Assembly: GCA_038087875.1 (NCBI GenBank)
Contig: CM075993.1
Span: 11,534,001-11,598,000, forward strand
DNA from: Malacoraja senta
Taxonomy: Eukaryota
Length of the DNA: 64,000 nucleotides
Direction of reading: 5' to 3'
The position numbers and the translations under genes were made by a program. This document shows positions 62,255 through 64,000 of the stretch, in pieces. The notes below the pieces were generated by a model. It worked only from the letters and a program-made list of their open reading frames with translations. It was not told the origin of the DNA and searched no databases. Positions within the stretch are counted from its first letter, which is position 1. The number at the start of each line of letters is the position of its first letter.

Positions 62255-63065
62255 ATCAAATGCTGGAGAAATTTAGCAGGTCAGTGGGAGAGAGTGACAT
62301 TTTGGAAAGCTGGAAAAGAGATGGGAGCAGTATAAAGCCCGACAAGTTATAGATAGATCCAGGTAAGGGTGTGATTCGCAGATGGGTGGAGTAAATGACA
62401 AAGGCTCGTGGATAAAAGGAGAGAAAAGAGTATCAAATAAGGAAAGAAGAGGAGAAGTGAAATGTCAAATCAGAGAAAGAGATATGGGTGCAAGGCCACA
62501 TGGGGAGGGAAAGAGAGGGGATTAAAGGGAAATTCCGGTGGGGAAATGAGCGACAGAAGAGGGGACAGGAGCAGGGTGACTAGAGGTGGTGGGAGATGAG
62601 AGAGGGGTATTATTTTAAATCGGAGAATTCATTGTTCATACTGAAGAAGGGTTTCGGCCCGAAACGTTGCCTATTTCCTTCGCTCCATAGATGCTGCTGC
62701 ACCCGCTGAGTTTCTCCAGCATTTTTGTGTACCTTCACTGTTCATACTGTTGGTTTGTAGGCTACCCATGTGGAATGCAAGGTGCTGTTCTTCCAATTTT
62801 AAGGAATAACAGCTTCCCACTCCTCCACTCTTCCTCCTGTGCCCCAAACACCCGCATACACCTTTCTCCCATTATCTCCTATCACCATAGTCACCCTGAG
62901 CTTTTCCCTTCCTCCTTCTTTCCTTATCTGACATCCTTTAGTTTACGTTTCACCTCTAGCCTTTGACACTCCACCCATCTGCCAATCATACCCCTCACCT
63001 GTAAGCAGCTATCACTTGCCCCCACACCCATCTCTCTTTTCCAGCTTTCTCCCCCCCACTGTGGT
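62255..63065. mobile_element. Penelope-like fragments in opposite orientations
   Basis: Minus-strand LEEQHL/MNNEFSDF remnant with purine-rich 3' region; plus-strand pyrimidine-rich counterpart. Confidence 0.65.
62641..62668 (+). ncRNA. Minimal type I hammerhead ribozyme core (stem I not evident)
   Basis: CUGAAGA-A-[GGGU UUCG GCCC]-GAAA-CGUU: conserved core, stem II, palindromic ACGU stem III. Confidence 0.65.
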
Positions 63066-63512
63066 GCTACAATGCAGCACATGTAGTCAACTTGGCCAAG
63101 GGTATGGTGGCCTAAGGCCTTCATGTAGAAATGCATATATCCATTGCTGTACAGTAAAATTCAACTAACCGAGTAAAATCATTTAAATGCGTGTGGTTTC
63201 ACTTGGCTCGGAAAATTTGAATAAGCCATCCTTTTACAATTGGTGAATTCCATAATTTTTTACAGCATTTACTTTTTTCAGATTAATTGGTAGAATAAAG
63301 TACTCAGTTCATCTGATCCATCTTTATGCTGATTTATGAAAACATTTAATAAAAATTGTAAGTTCACTTCTTTATCTCACTCAACCATTCAGAAAATAAT
63401 ATTAATGGCCTTGGAAATTAAAAAAAATAGGCAAGCTTTCTATTTCTCTAATGACTGAGAAACATGTACTGCTGGAGTTCTACTGCATTTCTGCATAATA
63501 ATGTAAACTAAT

Positions 63513-63825
63513 AGCCCTGTATCACGGTGCGAGTCCACCCACGAGTTATCCCGAGTGAAAGAAAAAATCAAACTCGTGGTTGTCTACGAGATTCCAAGTT
63601 TATGTTCACGAGTTTAAACGAGTTCCCACGTGTATGTCTAAGTTTGCCGTTTACTTCTCATTTCTGCGATGTACCAAGTTCCTCTCCCGAGTTACCAAGT
63701 TCCTCTCCCGAGTTACTCTTGAGCCAACAATGACTACCGACGTGTGGAAAAATCATCACATGGTAAAAATGGTGTCATGCAGTATTTTTTTTCACTATAA
63801 AAAGCCTCCCATGTTTAAATTTCTT
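63513..63825. mobile_element. Partial Harbinger-like MITE (one end)
   Basis: gccctgtatcac resembles the TIR of 7463-7887; internal cgagtt repeats; no second TIR seen. Confidence 0.4.
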
Positions 63826-63960
63826 AGGGTTACGGAATCAAGGGATATGGGGAGAAAGCAGAAATGGGGTACTGATTTTGGATGATCAGCCATAATCATA
63901 TTGAATGGCAATGCTGGCTCGAAGGGCCGAATGGCCTACTGCACCTATTTGCTATGTGTT
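63826..63960 (+). mobile_element. CR1 3' end
   Basis: CR1 3' UTR. Confidence 0.82.
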
Positions 63961-64000
63961 TATACCTTTTAAATGTTTTGACATGCGTTTCAGGATTCCA

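Overview
Vertebrate genomic DNA, almost certainly from a cartilaginous fish and probably a skate or ray. This is inferred from the V-SINE/HE1-type SINEs and their CR1 partner LINEs. The window is mostly non-coding and saturated with transposons. The first ~1.3 kb is a CpG island holding what looks like the first coding exon of an unidentified minus-strand host gene that runs off the left edge. The rest contains many nested CR1, Rex1/Babar, L2, L1 and Penelope-like (PLE) retroelement fragments, tRNA-derived SINEs and two complete MITEs. Right of a 200-N scaffold gap (42969-43168) lie a full-length but dead Gypsy LTR element (43329-48951) and a structurally complete DIRS1-type tyrosine-recombinase retrotransposon (52168-56899). 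The most notable items are: hammerhead-ribozyme cores in short PLE-derived elements that appear to move on their own; DIRS termini whose internal complementary region spells out the circle junction and the ATT target; a recent 111-bp inverted templated insertion; a circularly permuted CR1 5' segment; and a repeat-poor, motif-dense island near 58-61 kb. Most of these are instances of known element classes; I cannot show from sequence alone that any is a wholly new system. No intact transposon ORF2/pol is visible. Boundaries of old repeats are approximate.
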